Part shown: one piece after another, positions 1 through 7,910 of the stretch | How the letters are laid out: each line of letters opens with the position of its first letter | Numbering within the stretch: position 1 is the stretch's first letter | Source: Pseudoalteromonas tetraodonis | Lineage (GTDB): Bacteria > Pseudomonadota > Gammaproteobacteria > Enterobacterales > Alteromonadaceae | Assembly: GCF_002310835.1 (NCBI RefSeq) | Contig: NZ_CP011041.1 | Span: 1,920,001-1,952,000, forward strand | Length of the DNA: 32,000 bases | Reading direction: 5' to 3' | Notes under the pieces: generated by a model | What the model was told of the DNA's origin: nothing | What the model saw: the letters and a program-made list of their open reading frames with translations, nothing else | The model's database searches: none | Program-made: the position numbers and the translations under genes

Positions 1-549
1 CGCGCTAGCATAGTTACCACCGCTTTTAATCATACCCATATGCGGGGCACAGCGCATGCCGTCTTCTTCTAATAAAACACGTAACGCGGTAGCACCACCT
101 GAAAAGTAGTCACCCACTGGCGATAATAACGTATAAAGCAATGAGCTCATTGAAGGCGCAGCCGCTTTGCCAATGGCAGCTTCAGTACCAATGTGGGTTG
201 GGCGAATATACATAGAACCAGGAGGAAGCGGCGTTTCATCGGCGTATTCACGAACAATATCGATGATCATTGTTTTTAGCATCTCGCCATCAACCGCTGG
301 TAAACTTAATAATTCAGAACTTTGCTGCATACGCGCAATATTTGCATCCATTCTAAAAATATTTACCGAACCATCTTCATGGCGAAAGGCTTTTAAACCT
401 TCAAAACATGTACTTGAATAATGAAGAACGTGTGCACCTGCATGCAACTCAAGCTTATCGCAAGGAACAATTGAGCTTTCGCCCCACTGATTGTCAGAAA
501 ACTTAGCTTGAATCATCTGCGGCATAAACACAGTACCAAATGCGGCCAT
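1..549 (-). CDS. ilvE: Branched-chain amino acid aminotransferase (fold-type IV), N-terminal 183 codons; 3' end lies outside the window
   Basis: Absent from the ORF track because it runs off the edge. The reverse strand from ATG (complement of 547-549) reads MAAFGTVFMPQMIQAKFSDNQWGESSIVPCDKLELHAGAHVLHYSSTCFEGLKAFRHEDGSVNIFRMDANIARMQQS...MGMIKSGGNYASA with no stop down to position 1. VLHY..CFEGLKAFR and SGGNYA are typical of BCAT-type aminotransferases. Confidence 0.8.
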   Translation of the reverse strand, partial: MAAFGTVFMPQMIQAKFSDNQWGESSIVPCDKLELHAGAHVLHYSSTCFEGLKAFRHEDGSVNIFRMDANIARMQQSSELLSLPAVDGEMLKTMIIDIVREYADETPLPPGSMYIRPTHIGTEAAIGKAAAPSMSSLLYTLLSPVGDYFSGGATALRVLLEEDGMRCAPHMGMIKSGGNYASA

Positions 550-706
550 TTTTATTCTCTCTTGTGTGGTCTATTTTTCTCCATTGTATGACAACCCGCT
601 ACTATTTAACCATAGCAAAACAGGCTGTTTTTAAATTAATTAGACGAATTTTTTGCATGTACTGATGATTATTTAATCAAAAAAGCACTTGCTAACTCTT
701 TAATGC

Positions 707-742
707 AATAATCAGCTAACAATTTAAGGCTAGCTGATTATT
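707..742 (-). terminator. Hairpin downstream of the desaturase operon (possible terminator, non-canonical)
   Basis: Perfect 12-bp arms AATAATCAGCTA (707-718) and TAGCTGATTATT (731-742) with a 12-nt loop, about 40 nt past the desaturase stop. There is no clear U-tract on the minus strand. Confidence 0.35.
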
Positions 743-780
743 TAATGCATACATTATAGTAGCGGCTATTTTATTAACCT

Positions 781-1833
781 CTATTTAAATGAATAACGAA
801 ATATACGTTTTAACACCGAGGTATATTGGTGAAAAAAACCGCCGGTGTTGTATGCAATGCCCTGCTTTTGTAAAGCAGCTTGCACTTGTGGTGCTATTTC
901 TTGGTAGCGTGACGATGGCATATCAGGAAATAAGTGGTGTTCAATTTGAAAACTTAAATGCCCCGTTAAAATATGAAACCAACGCGCCCCTTTAATGTTT
1001 GACGACCCAAGCGCTTGGCGATAATACCACTGACCCTGGCTTTCGTTTTCACAATCTTGCTCGTAAAAGGTATGCGTTTGCTCGGTAAAATGGCCACAAA
1101 AAATAATGGTTGATGTCCATAAATTACGAATTAGGTTCGCCAATAAGTTACCGCTTAGCACCCATAAAAACAGAGGCCCCGCTAAAAGTGGAAACAGCAC
1201 ATAGTCTTTAATTAATTGGCGCGCCCCTTTACTAAAAAAGCGTTTTTTTAACGTACTATGCGCTACAGCCCCTTTGCGGTTTGGCTTCTTTTTACCTATA
1301 AACACACGCTCACCCGCCAGCTCATGGTACGACACGCCCCACTGAAATAGCACACTTAAATTTAAATAGGTAATAAACTGCCAAGTATTTTTTAAACGCC
1401 ATTTAAAGTCATTACTTAATCTTAATAAGCCATAACCAAAATCGCGGTCTTTGCCAATAATATTAGTGTAAGTATGGTGCTCAAAATTGTGTACTCGGTT
1501 CCAACTTTGGCCGTCGCAGGCTATATCCCACTCGTATGTTTTTGAATTAAGCTGTTTGTCGTTCATCCAATCGTATTGACCATGCATTACATTGTGGCCA
1601 ATTTCCATGTTGTCGAGAATTTTAGCCAAAGCCAGTAACAACACACCCGCCACCCACAATAAAGGCTGTACAAAACCAAGCATTAATAAAATGCGCCCAC
1701 CTATTTCGCACAGTCGCTGCTTGCGGACAATAGAGCGTATATAATTAGCATCCTTTTGCCCTACTTTGGCAAACGTCGACATTTTTATGCCATCTAAATC
1801 TTCGGCTAATTGTTGATAATTTATGGTTGTCAT
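781..1833 (-). CDS. Membrane fatty-acid (acyl-CoA/acyl-lipid) desaturase, DesB-like
   Basis: 350-aa ORF with three desaturase histidine boxes (HNVMH, HNFEHH, QIEHH) and hydrophobic segments. Its start overlaps the stop of the upstream reductase (ATGA at 1830-1833). Confidence 0.9.
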   Translation of the reverse strand: MTTINYQQLAEDLDGIKMSTFAKVGQKDANYIRSIVRKQRLCEIGGRILLMLGFVQPLLWVAGVLLLALAKILDNMEIGHNVMHGQYDWMNDKQLNSKTYEWDIACDGQSWNRVHNFEHHTYTNIIGKDRDFGYGLLRLSNDFKWRLKNTWQFITYLNLSVLFQWGVSYHELAGERVFIGKKKPNRKGAVAHSTLKKRFFSKGARQLIKDYVLFPLLAGPLFLWVLSGNLLANLIRNLWTSTIIFCGHFTEQTHTFYEQDCENESQGQWYYRQALGSSNIKGARWFHILTGHLSFQIEHHLFPDMPSSRYQEIAPQVQAALQKQGIAYNTGGFFHQYTSVLKRIFRYSFK

Positions 1834-2873
1834 AGCTGTAACTCCAAATCACTGACCGCTTGGCTAACACACAGTTGAATTAACTGCTCGCCGTTATCTG
1901 ATAACTCACCGGTTTTTAAATTGCGCACCACGCCCGTTTTTTTAATGCACTGGCATTGATGACAAATACCAATCCCACACCCTCGCTGCACAGGTAGTTT
2001 TTTTGCCTCAAACTGAGTTAACAACACCTCATTCGCTGCTACGTCGTGGTGATCATTATTAATTTTTACAGTAAATTGACTGTCATCATTTAAGCTTGGC
2101 AATGCAAGGCCAAAGGCTTCTTGGTAATAGGTTAAATGATGCTGGTTTGCAAAATGTGCAATTTTTTGCATAAACGCTGCTGGCCCACAGCAGTAAATAT
2201 CAGGATTGTCATCGATGTTTATATGCGTAGTTAATTGCGGGCTCATATCGCGAGTGAGTAACAAGTAAGAAAAATGCGCATAACGCTCTGCTAATGCGGC
2301 AAGTTCTTCAACGCATTGGTGCTCATTAGCTTTTGCAAAATACAGTAATTTGATAGTGTGCTGAGTATTTGCTAATTGCTGGCTAAGCATTGCCAGCATA
2401 GGTGTAATACCCGAGCCACCAGCAACAAAGGTGCTGGCTTTATGCCAGCTTTTAAATACAAAGTCGCCACTTGGCGCAGAAATATTACACCACGACGGCG
2501 CCTTTAATGTGCTTTGCAACTGAGCTGTAAAACGTCCTTGCTCATTGGTTTTAATTAAAACTCGCAGCAATCCGGTTGCTTTGTATTGCGCGGGGCTGCA
2601 AGCAATCGTAAATACACGGGTAAGCAAACGCCCGTTGAGCTCAAGCGTTAAACTAATATACTGGCCCGCAATGTGGGCGCGCCACTGTTTATTGGGTTTA
2701 AGCGTTACACTTAAAAACTGACCACTCAACGCGTGTACATCAACAATTTGCGCACGAAAAAAGCCGGCTCGCCATGCAGGTTTAACGACCTGTATTAAAG
2801 GCTCTATGTAAGCGGCAAAGCTTTGATGGTGTAAAAACCATTTTGAAAATTGGTCTAATACCGAAGTTAGCAT
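1830..2873 (-). CDS. Ferredoxin-NAD(P) reductase-type flavoprotein with C-terminal 2Fe-2S ferredoxin domain (DesC-like electron donor for the desaturase)
   Basis: 347-aa ORF with RVFTIACSP (an RxYS-type FAD motif), GGSGITP (NAD(P) binding) and a C-terminal CGIGICHQC...LC pattern, i.e. C-x4-C-x2-C...C plant-type 2Fe-2S. Translationally coupled to the desaturase. Confidence 0.85.
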   Translation of the reverse strand: MLTSVLDQFSKWFLHHQSFAAYIEPLIQVVKPAWRAGFFRAQIVDVHALSGQFLSVTLKPNKQWRAHIAGQYISLTLELNGRLLTRVFTIACSPAQYKATGLLRVLIKTNEQGRFTAQLQSTLKAPSWCNISAPSGDFVFKSWHKASTFVAGGSGITPMLAMLSQQLANTQHTIKLLYFAKANEHQCVEELAALAERYAHFSYLLLTRDMSPQLTTHINIDDNPDIYCCGPAAFMQKIAHFANQHHLTYYQEAFGLALPSLNDDSQFTVKINNDHHDVAANEVLLTQFEAKKLPVQRGCGIGICHQCQCIKKTGVVRNLKTGELSDNGEQLIQLCVSQAVSDLELQL

Positions 2874-2961
2874 GGTTATTAATTCTCTACTTAAATCGAC
2901 TACCCATCACTTTGTGTTAAGCGAATTCAAGCAAACACATGTGCTGGGCTTTAAATATTTG

Positions 2962-3005
2962 AGCCTACACGTGTAAGCTCAACTTTCAGCGCACAAGTGT
3001 ACGCT
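2962..3005. promoter_or_regulatory. Two 18-bp FabR/DesT-type palindromes upstream of the reductase-desaturase operon
   Basis: AGCCTACACGTGTAAGCT (2962-2979) and AGCGCACAAGTGTACGCT (2988-3005) lie 90-130 bp upstream of the start codon at 2873. Both resemble the FabR operator as I remember it (AGCGTACACGTGTTAGCT). Confidence 0.5.
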
Positions 3006-3239
3006 CGAATTTTTAAATTTCAACCCTAATAGAGTAATTATTCAATTTTTTTAAAGCGGTCTTTAATTCCTATACCCGTAAAGTTAGTTAAACACCTGAG
3101 GGACATAAACAAGCTCATTAAGCTAAAAACCAACATTAAAGCGGTTAAATAGCGTGCAATTTCATTCATCCCAAATACTTAACACTGTGATCAATAGCGT
3201 GCTAAGGTAGTTAAAATTTAGTTAATTTTGGAAGCCATT

Positions 3240-4400
3240 ATGAACAAAGTAACAACGCGTAAAAAATTTTCTACACTCGCCACAGCCAGTTGTGCATTGG
3301 CATTTTCGGCGCTTACCAGCCTTAGTGCTCATGCAGTTGATTTTAAAGAACTGGATAAATTAGCGCTTAATGTAAAACCGGTCACTGTTGCCCAAGGGAT
3401 TTCTATTCCCTGGGCTATTGAGGCTCTACCAAACGGTGATTTATTAATAACCGAGCGCAGTGGCACCTTATATTTATTGCGTAAAAATACCACCAGCTTA
3501 ACTAAAATTTCTGGGCTACCTAAAATTGATGCCAACGGCCAAGGCGGCCTACTTGATTTAGAGCTGCATCCTGATTTTGCTAATAATCAATGGCTGTATA
3601 TCACTTACTCAAGCAGTGAAGGTGACGGTGCTGGCAGTAACACCGCACTTATGCGCGCAAAATTAAGTAACGATCACAGCCAATTACGCGAGCCACAACA
3701 ATTATACAAAGGCGAGCATAATTCTAAAAAAGGCCAGCACTACGGCAGCCGTATTGTGTTTGATAACCAAAATTATGTGTATTTTTCGATTGGCGATCGC
3801 GGCTCGCGAGATATTAACCCACAAGATTTAAGCCGCGATGGCGGTAAAATTTATCGTTTACACGACGATGGTAAAATTCCAACCGACAACCCATTTGTAA
3901 AACAAAAAGACGCAAAATCAGCGATTTGGTCTTACGGGCATCGTAACCCACAAGGCATGTGGTTCGATGGTGAAAATAATGTATTTTGGGCACACGAACA
4001 CGGCCCCCGTGGCGGCGATGAGCTTAATATGATTAAGCCTAAAACTAACTACGGCTGGCCAGTGGTAAGCTATGGTATTAACTACAGTGGCACCTCGTTT
4101 ACCGATTTAACTGAAAAATCAGGCATGCAAGCGCCCACATTACAATGGACACCCTCTATTGCTCCTTCAGACATGCTGCTCGTAAAAGGTGACAAGTATC
4201 CTGAGCTTAAAGGAAAATTTTTACTCGCTTCAATGAAATACGCGTTTATTAGCGTACTTGAAATAGCAGATGACAATGTCGTTAAACAAAGTAAATTACT
4301 GGAAGGCATTGGTCGTATTCGCAGTCTAGCACAAGGTGATGATGGCACTATTTACTTAGGATTGGACGGCCAAGGCATTATGCGCCTTGACCCACAATAA
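3240..4400 (+). CDS. PQQ-dependent soluble sugar (aldose/sorbosone) dehydrogenase, secreted
   Basis: ORF 3228-4400; ATG at 3240 is preferred (MNKVTTRKKFSTLATASCALAFSALTSLSAHA is a signal peptide). Beta-propeller motifs typical of the YliI/sorbosone dehydrogenase family: GGLLDLELHPDF, HYGSRIVF, GHRNPQGM, GPRGGDELN, NYGWP. Confidence 0.85.
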   Translation: MNKVTTRKKFSTLATASCALAFSALTSLSAHAVDFKELDKLALNVKPVTVAQGISIPWAIEALPNGDLLITERSGTLYLLRKNTTSLTKISGLPKIDANGQGGLLDLELHPDFANNQWLYITYSSSEGDGAGSNTALMRAKLSNDHSQLREPQQLYKGEHNSKKGQHYGSRIVFDNQNYVYFSIGDRGSRDINPQDLSRDGGKIYRLHDDGKIPTDNPFVKQKDAKSAIWSYGHRNPQGMWFDGENNVFWAHEHGPRGGDELNMIKPKTNYGWPVVSYGINYSGTSFTDLTEKSGMQAPTLQWTPSIAPSDMLLVKGDKYPELKGKFLLASMKYAFISVLEIADDNVVKQSKLLEGIGRIRSLAQGDDGTIYLGLDGQGIMRLDPQ

Positions 4401-4492
4401 TCTTTTAATACGCTAATTACAGTAACAGCAAACTTTTTGCGTCTTCACTGCGTATTGTTAATGTAACTAGCTAATAAACAACGAGGGTGTTG

Positions 4493-4672
4493 ATGTTTTC
4501 ATTTTTAAAGCCAGATCCAATCAAAAAATTACGTAAAGAATACGACGCAAAATTAGAACAAGGCATGCAAGCGCAAAGAAAAGGCGATATAAAAAGCTAC
4601 GCTATGTTAACCGACGAGGCTGAAAAAATTTGGAATGAAATAGAAGCGCTCGAAGCAAAAAAGGCCAAGTAA
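4493..4672 (+). CDS. Small lysine/glutamate-rich protein (59 aa), resembles the Lacal_2735 small-protein family
   Basis: ATG at 4493 is preceded by GAGGG and followed by a strong terminator. The sequence MFSFLKPDPIKKLRKEYDAKLEQGMQAQRKGDIKSY... resembles that family from memory only. Confidence 0.55.
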   Translation: MFSFLKPDPIKKLRKEYDAKLEQGMQAQRKGDIKSYAMLTDEAEKIWNEIEALEAKKAK

Positions 4673-4700
4673 CATTAAACTAAATAAGTTTAAACCTATC

Positions 4701-4729
4701 CCCCGCATTAACAGTGCGGGGTTTTTATT
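4701..4729 (+). terminator. Rho-independent terminator
   Basis: CCCCGCA (4701-4707) pairs with TGCGGGG (4715-4721), followed by TTTTTATTT. Confidence 0.8.
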
Positions 4730-4968
4730 TCCCCGACTAAATAACTTCGATAAACATTTACCCAACTAAGTAAAATTAAATACACTTCTTATAAGTTCAC
4801 TTTGCATTTCCCCCATCACGTTATTACAGCCCTATTGGTGCGACACTCAAAAGCCATTTTATTTCTCGCATAATCAGTTGTTTACATTAAAGTTAATTAG
4901 TGGAATTATTAACCAATAATTACTTTCCTCTGTTTGAGGGATATCCACTTTTAGGTCACGGGGTATTT

Positions 4969-5514
4969 ATGGAATTTAAGCAAGCACAAAAAGACATGGA
5001 TCTCGCCTATTTTGGTGGCGCAACAGGTGTTGTTATTTCTGGGTTAGTTTGGTGTTTTGCTGGTTTAATTGCAGTACTGTATTCAACTAAAGCGAGTATG
5101 CTTACCCTGTTTATTGGTGGTATGTTTATACACCCGCTGGCTATGTTGCTATCAAAAGTACTTAAGCGCCCTGGACAACATGACTCCACAAACCCATTAG
5201 GCAAACTTGCTTTAGAAAGTACCGTTATTTTATTTGTTGGTTTTTTCCTCGCCTTCTATGTTTCTAAGCTGCATCTGCAATGGTTTTATCCAATAATGCT
5301 GTTGGCAATGGGTGTGCGTTATTTAATTTTTAATACTTTATATGGTGCAAAAGTTTATTGGCTTTTAGGTGCTGTGCTTATGCTAGCGGGAGTAGTTTGT
5401 ATATTATTAAATGCTAACTTCGTCATTGGTGCTTTTGTTGGCGGCATAACAGAAGTTATATTTTCTATTGTGATCTTCAATAAATCAAAAGAGTCAGCAG
5501 TAAAAGCCTCGTAG
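4969..5514 (+). CDS. Hypothetical multi-pass inner-membrane protein
   Basis: ORF 4900-5514 begins at a GTG with no RBS, so the in-frame ATG at 4969 (MEFKQAQKDMD...) is preferred. About 5-6 hydrophobic helices; no motif I recognise. Confidence 0.6.
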   Translation: MEFKQAQKDMDLAYFGGATGVVISGLVWCFAGLIAVLYSTKASMLTLFIGGMFIHPLAMLLSKVLKRPGQHDSTNPLGKLALESTVILFVGFFLAFYVSKLHLQWFYPIMLLAMGVRYLIFNTLYGAKVYWLLGAVLMLAGVVCILLNANFVIGAFVGGITEVIFSIVIFNKSKESAVKAS

Positions 5515-5615
5515 CGAATTGTTATCTAAAAGGAAAGTTACAGATAAAGATACTCTTAGCTTAACACTATGCATCATTAACTTTAACGTCTCCATTATTT
5601 AAAAAATAGAAGTAC

Positions 5616-5654
5616 ACTGTCAGCACAAATTTAACTTAAATTTTTGCTAACAGT
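5616..5654. terminator. Long imperfect AT-rich hairpin between convergent genes (possible bidirectional terminator)
   Basis: ACTGTCAGCACAAATTTAACTTAAATTTTTGCTAACAGT is a 39-nt imperfect palindrome with two mismatches. Confidence 0.4.
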
Positions 5655-5669
5655 CCACTAATTCTCAGG

Positions 5670-6461
5670 CTATTTATATTCTACCTTGGCGGTTAAGCGA
5701 TTAAATAAACTAGGGAAAAACCGTTTTATAAACGGTGCCCAACCACTTAACCCTTGGCCAACCACTACTTCGTCTTTTTTATTGTAAATTGCGGTGATCA
5801 TTTTTGACGCAGCCACATTAACGTTCATACCATTTTCTATAGAGGGTTCAGGCTTATTTTGTGCCTCTCCCTGCTCGTTTAATGAGTTATGGGCAATAGC
5901 CGTTTTAATGGAGCCGGGGCAAATAGTTAAGCAATGTATATTGTGCTGCGCGACTTCGGCGCGTAAGCAATCCATAAAGCCTACTACAGCGTATTTACTG
6001 CCTGAATAACCCGTTCTAAACTTAGAGCCCACTTTGCCTGCCACGCTACTAATAGCCACTACAGAACCACTTTTTCGCGCCACCATTGAAGGTAGCACTG
6101 CTTTAGTGAGTGCAATTAAACCAAAGTAATTTACTTCCATGAGTTGGCGGTACACTTTAAAGTCGTTTTCTAAAAATAAACTACGCTGCGAAATTCCGCC
6201 GTTATTAATTAAAATATCAATCGGGCCTAAGCTATCTATTTGCGCTGATACATCCTGCAGTACGATTTCGGGCTTTGATAAATCAAGCGGTATTACCCGA
6301 TGCCCTTGCCCTTTTAACTGTTCTTTTATCTCGTTGAGTTTATCAACGTTACGCGCTGATAAAATAACCTTCGCACCTTGCTCTGCAAATTGTTTTGCAA
6401 GCTCTTCACCAATACCTGATGATGCACCGGTGATCCATACTGTTTTATTGTTATAATCCAT
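5670..6461 (-). CDS. SDR-family short-chain dehydrogenase/reductase
   Basis: TGASSGIGEE cofactor motif, NNGG, and the catalytic S...YSGSKYA triad; 263 aa. Confidence 0.9.
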   Translation of the reverse strand: MDYNNKTVWITGASSGIGEELAKQFAEQGAKVILSARNVDKLNEIKEQLKGQGHRVIPLDLSKPEIVLQDVSAQIDSLGPIDILINNGGISQRSLFLENDFKVYRQLMEVNYFGLIALTKAVLPSMVARKSGSVVAISSVAGKVGSKFRTGYSGSKYAVVGFMDCLRAEVAQHNIHCLTICPGSIKTAIAHNSLNEQGEAQNKPEPSIENGMNVNVAASKMITAIYNKKDEVVVGQGLSGWAPFIKRFFPSLFNRLTAKVEYK

Positions 6462-6486
6462 GGTTTACCTTATAGTCTTTGACTGA

Positions 6487-6990
6487 TTATGCTTTAGTTG
6501 GGCCCGCTATTTCATTAACTTGCTGTTCTAAATTTTTATAAAAGCCCATTAAAAATAACAGCTCTGCGGTGACATACAAAGGGCCAATAATTAAACCCAC
6601 TAAATCATCAACAAAGGCGGGCTTTTTGCCTTCAAAATAATGACCAATAAACTGTAACACCCAGCCAAATACAAACACACCCACACCAATCGTCAGCCAA
6701 GACGTAAAGGGCATTGCGGCGATAGGCTGCGCTGCCACTAACAATAAAGTAAAAATGATGCCCATGATTAAACCTAGCGAAAAGCTCAGCATAAAATAGT
6801 AAACCACACTGGCAAGGACAAAAAGCTGCGCCCCATCGACATTAAAACTCCCTAGAGTAATTTCAACACGCGCCAGTAAGCACAATGCCGCAAATACAAT
6901 CAGTGGAATACCAAAAAAGTGAGTTAATACGTTACGCTTTGAACGATGATACAAGCCATACTGGCCAAGTTGTTGTTGTAGAGTTTTCAT
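6487..6990 (-). CDS. DUF962 / Mpo1-like membrane protein
   Basis: 167 aa. The N-terminus YHRSKRNVLTHFFGIPLIV plus four transmembrane segments is typical of the DUF962 (YGL010w-like) family. It sits 25 nt upstream of the SDR gene, so co-transcription is likely. Confidence 0.75.
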   Translation of the reverse strand: MKTLQQQLGQYGLYHRSKRNVLTHFFGIPLIVFAALCLLARVEITLGSFNVDGAQLFVLASVVYYFMLSFSLGLIMGIIFTLLLVAAQPIAAMPFTSWLTIGVGVFVFGWVLQFIGHYFEGKKPAFVDDLVGLIIGPLYVTAELLFLMGFYKNLEQQVNEIAGPTKA

Positions 6991-7171
6991 AGGTTGATCC
7001 CGTTGTTATTTTTATAAGCAAAGTTCACCTTATAAAAAAGTGCGCACAATAACAACAAATACCGATGGTTATAAATTAAAAGGCTAACTAATGGCTCTCT
7101 AATTGGGTATTGATGTAAACTATTTAAAATAAATGTTTAACTGTTGGCCCTTGTAATATAAGGAAATCATC

Positions 7172-7570
7172 ATGTTATTAAAAGCTCTAGCCATAGGCTT
7201 ATTACTTGCTTTAGGCGAGATAATTAATGGCAACATTCGGGTGCGAGTTCTGCATCAATTATATGGGCAACGACGCGCTAAAACACTTAGTTTACTCTCA
7301 GGCATCGCCATTATTTTTGCTATAGCTTGGTTAGCCCTGCCATGGGTTGCCCCTAAAAATTACCTAGATTGTTTTAAATTAGGCTTAATGTGGCTAATAA
7401 TAATGCTTAGTTTAGATATTTTTGTGGGTAGGTATTTATTTAAATATAAGTGGCAGAGAATTTTTGATGACTTTAATCTCTTTAAAGGCAACTTGCTTAG
7501 TGTAGGCATGTTGATACTTTTTATATGCCCAAGCTTGGTTTTTTGGTTGCAGATGAAAGTTATGGTTTAG
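7172..7570 (+). CDS. Hypothetical small membrane protein (132 aa)
   Basis: ATG preceded by AAGGA; four hydrophobic segments; no recognisable motif. The last codons and the stop lie inside the first copy of the repeat family. Confidence 0.55.
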   Translation: MLLKALAIGLLLALGEIINGNIRVRVLHQLYGQRRAKTLSLLSGIAIIFAIAWLALPWVAPKNYLDCFKLGLMWLIIMLSLDIFVGRYLFKYKWQRIFDDFNLFKGNLLSVGMLILFICPSLVFWLQMKVMV

Positions 7571-7893
7571 ATCACTGCTCTAAAAGCGCAGCGTCTCTTC
7601 GCTCTCTTTGTGTATTAATCACTTAAAAATAATTTAAACTGATAGAAATGAATGAGGAATAAATGAGTAGAAAAATTTATTTATTTCAGCCACTTACTTT
7701 AAAAGCACAGCGTCTCTTCGCCCTCTTTGTAAATTGATCATAAAAAACAGTATGAACTGAGAGAATTGAATGAGGAGAAAATGAGAAGCCATAAAAAGTA
7801 TGCTTTAGATCACTGCTCTAAAAGCGCAGCGTCTCTTTGCCCTCTTTGTGCATAATTCACTTAAAATCTATTTAAAGTCAGGAGTAAATGAGC
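7556..7893 (+). repeat. Three tandem direct repeats, period about 118-120 bp (third copy truncated)
   Basis: 41-nt cores at 7572-7612, 7690-7731 and 7810-7850 (TCACTGCTCTAAAAGCGCAGCGTCTCTTCGCTCTCTTTGTG and variants). Each core is followed by an A/T-rich segment and a purine block GAGGA..AAATGAG (7654-7667, 7772-7785, 7881-7892). Confidence 0.85.
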
Positions 7894-7910
7894 TTGCAAC
7901 GTGTCGTTAT

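Noticed and set aside
7663-7855. Small ORFs starting at the conserved GAGGA..AAATGAG block: 7663-7737 (MSRKIYLFQPLTLKAQRLFALFVN) and 7781-7855 (MRSHKKYALDHCSKSAASLCPLCA). They could be type I toxin-like or repeated micro-peptides, by analogy with the Ibs/Ldr tandem loci.
   Set aside because: The two 24-codon ORFs read the conserved core in different frames. The third tandem copy (ATG 7888) and the dispersed copy (ATG 27812) terminate after 8 and 11 codons. The peptides are neither conserved nor hydrophobic, so conservation is at nucleotide level rather than coding.
7571-7893. Could the regularly spaced 41-nt conserved cores be a small CRISPR array?
   Set aside because: The period is about 119 bp, and the sequence between the cores is itself homologous from unit to unit. 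There are no unique spacers, no palindromic repeat and no cas genes. This is a tandem direct repeat, not a CRISPR array.
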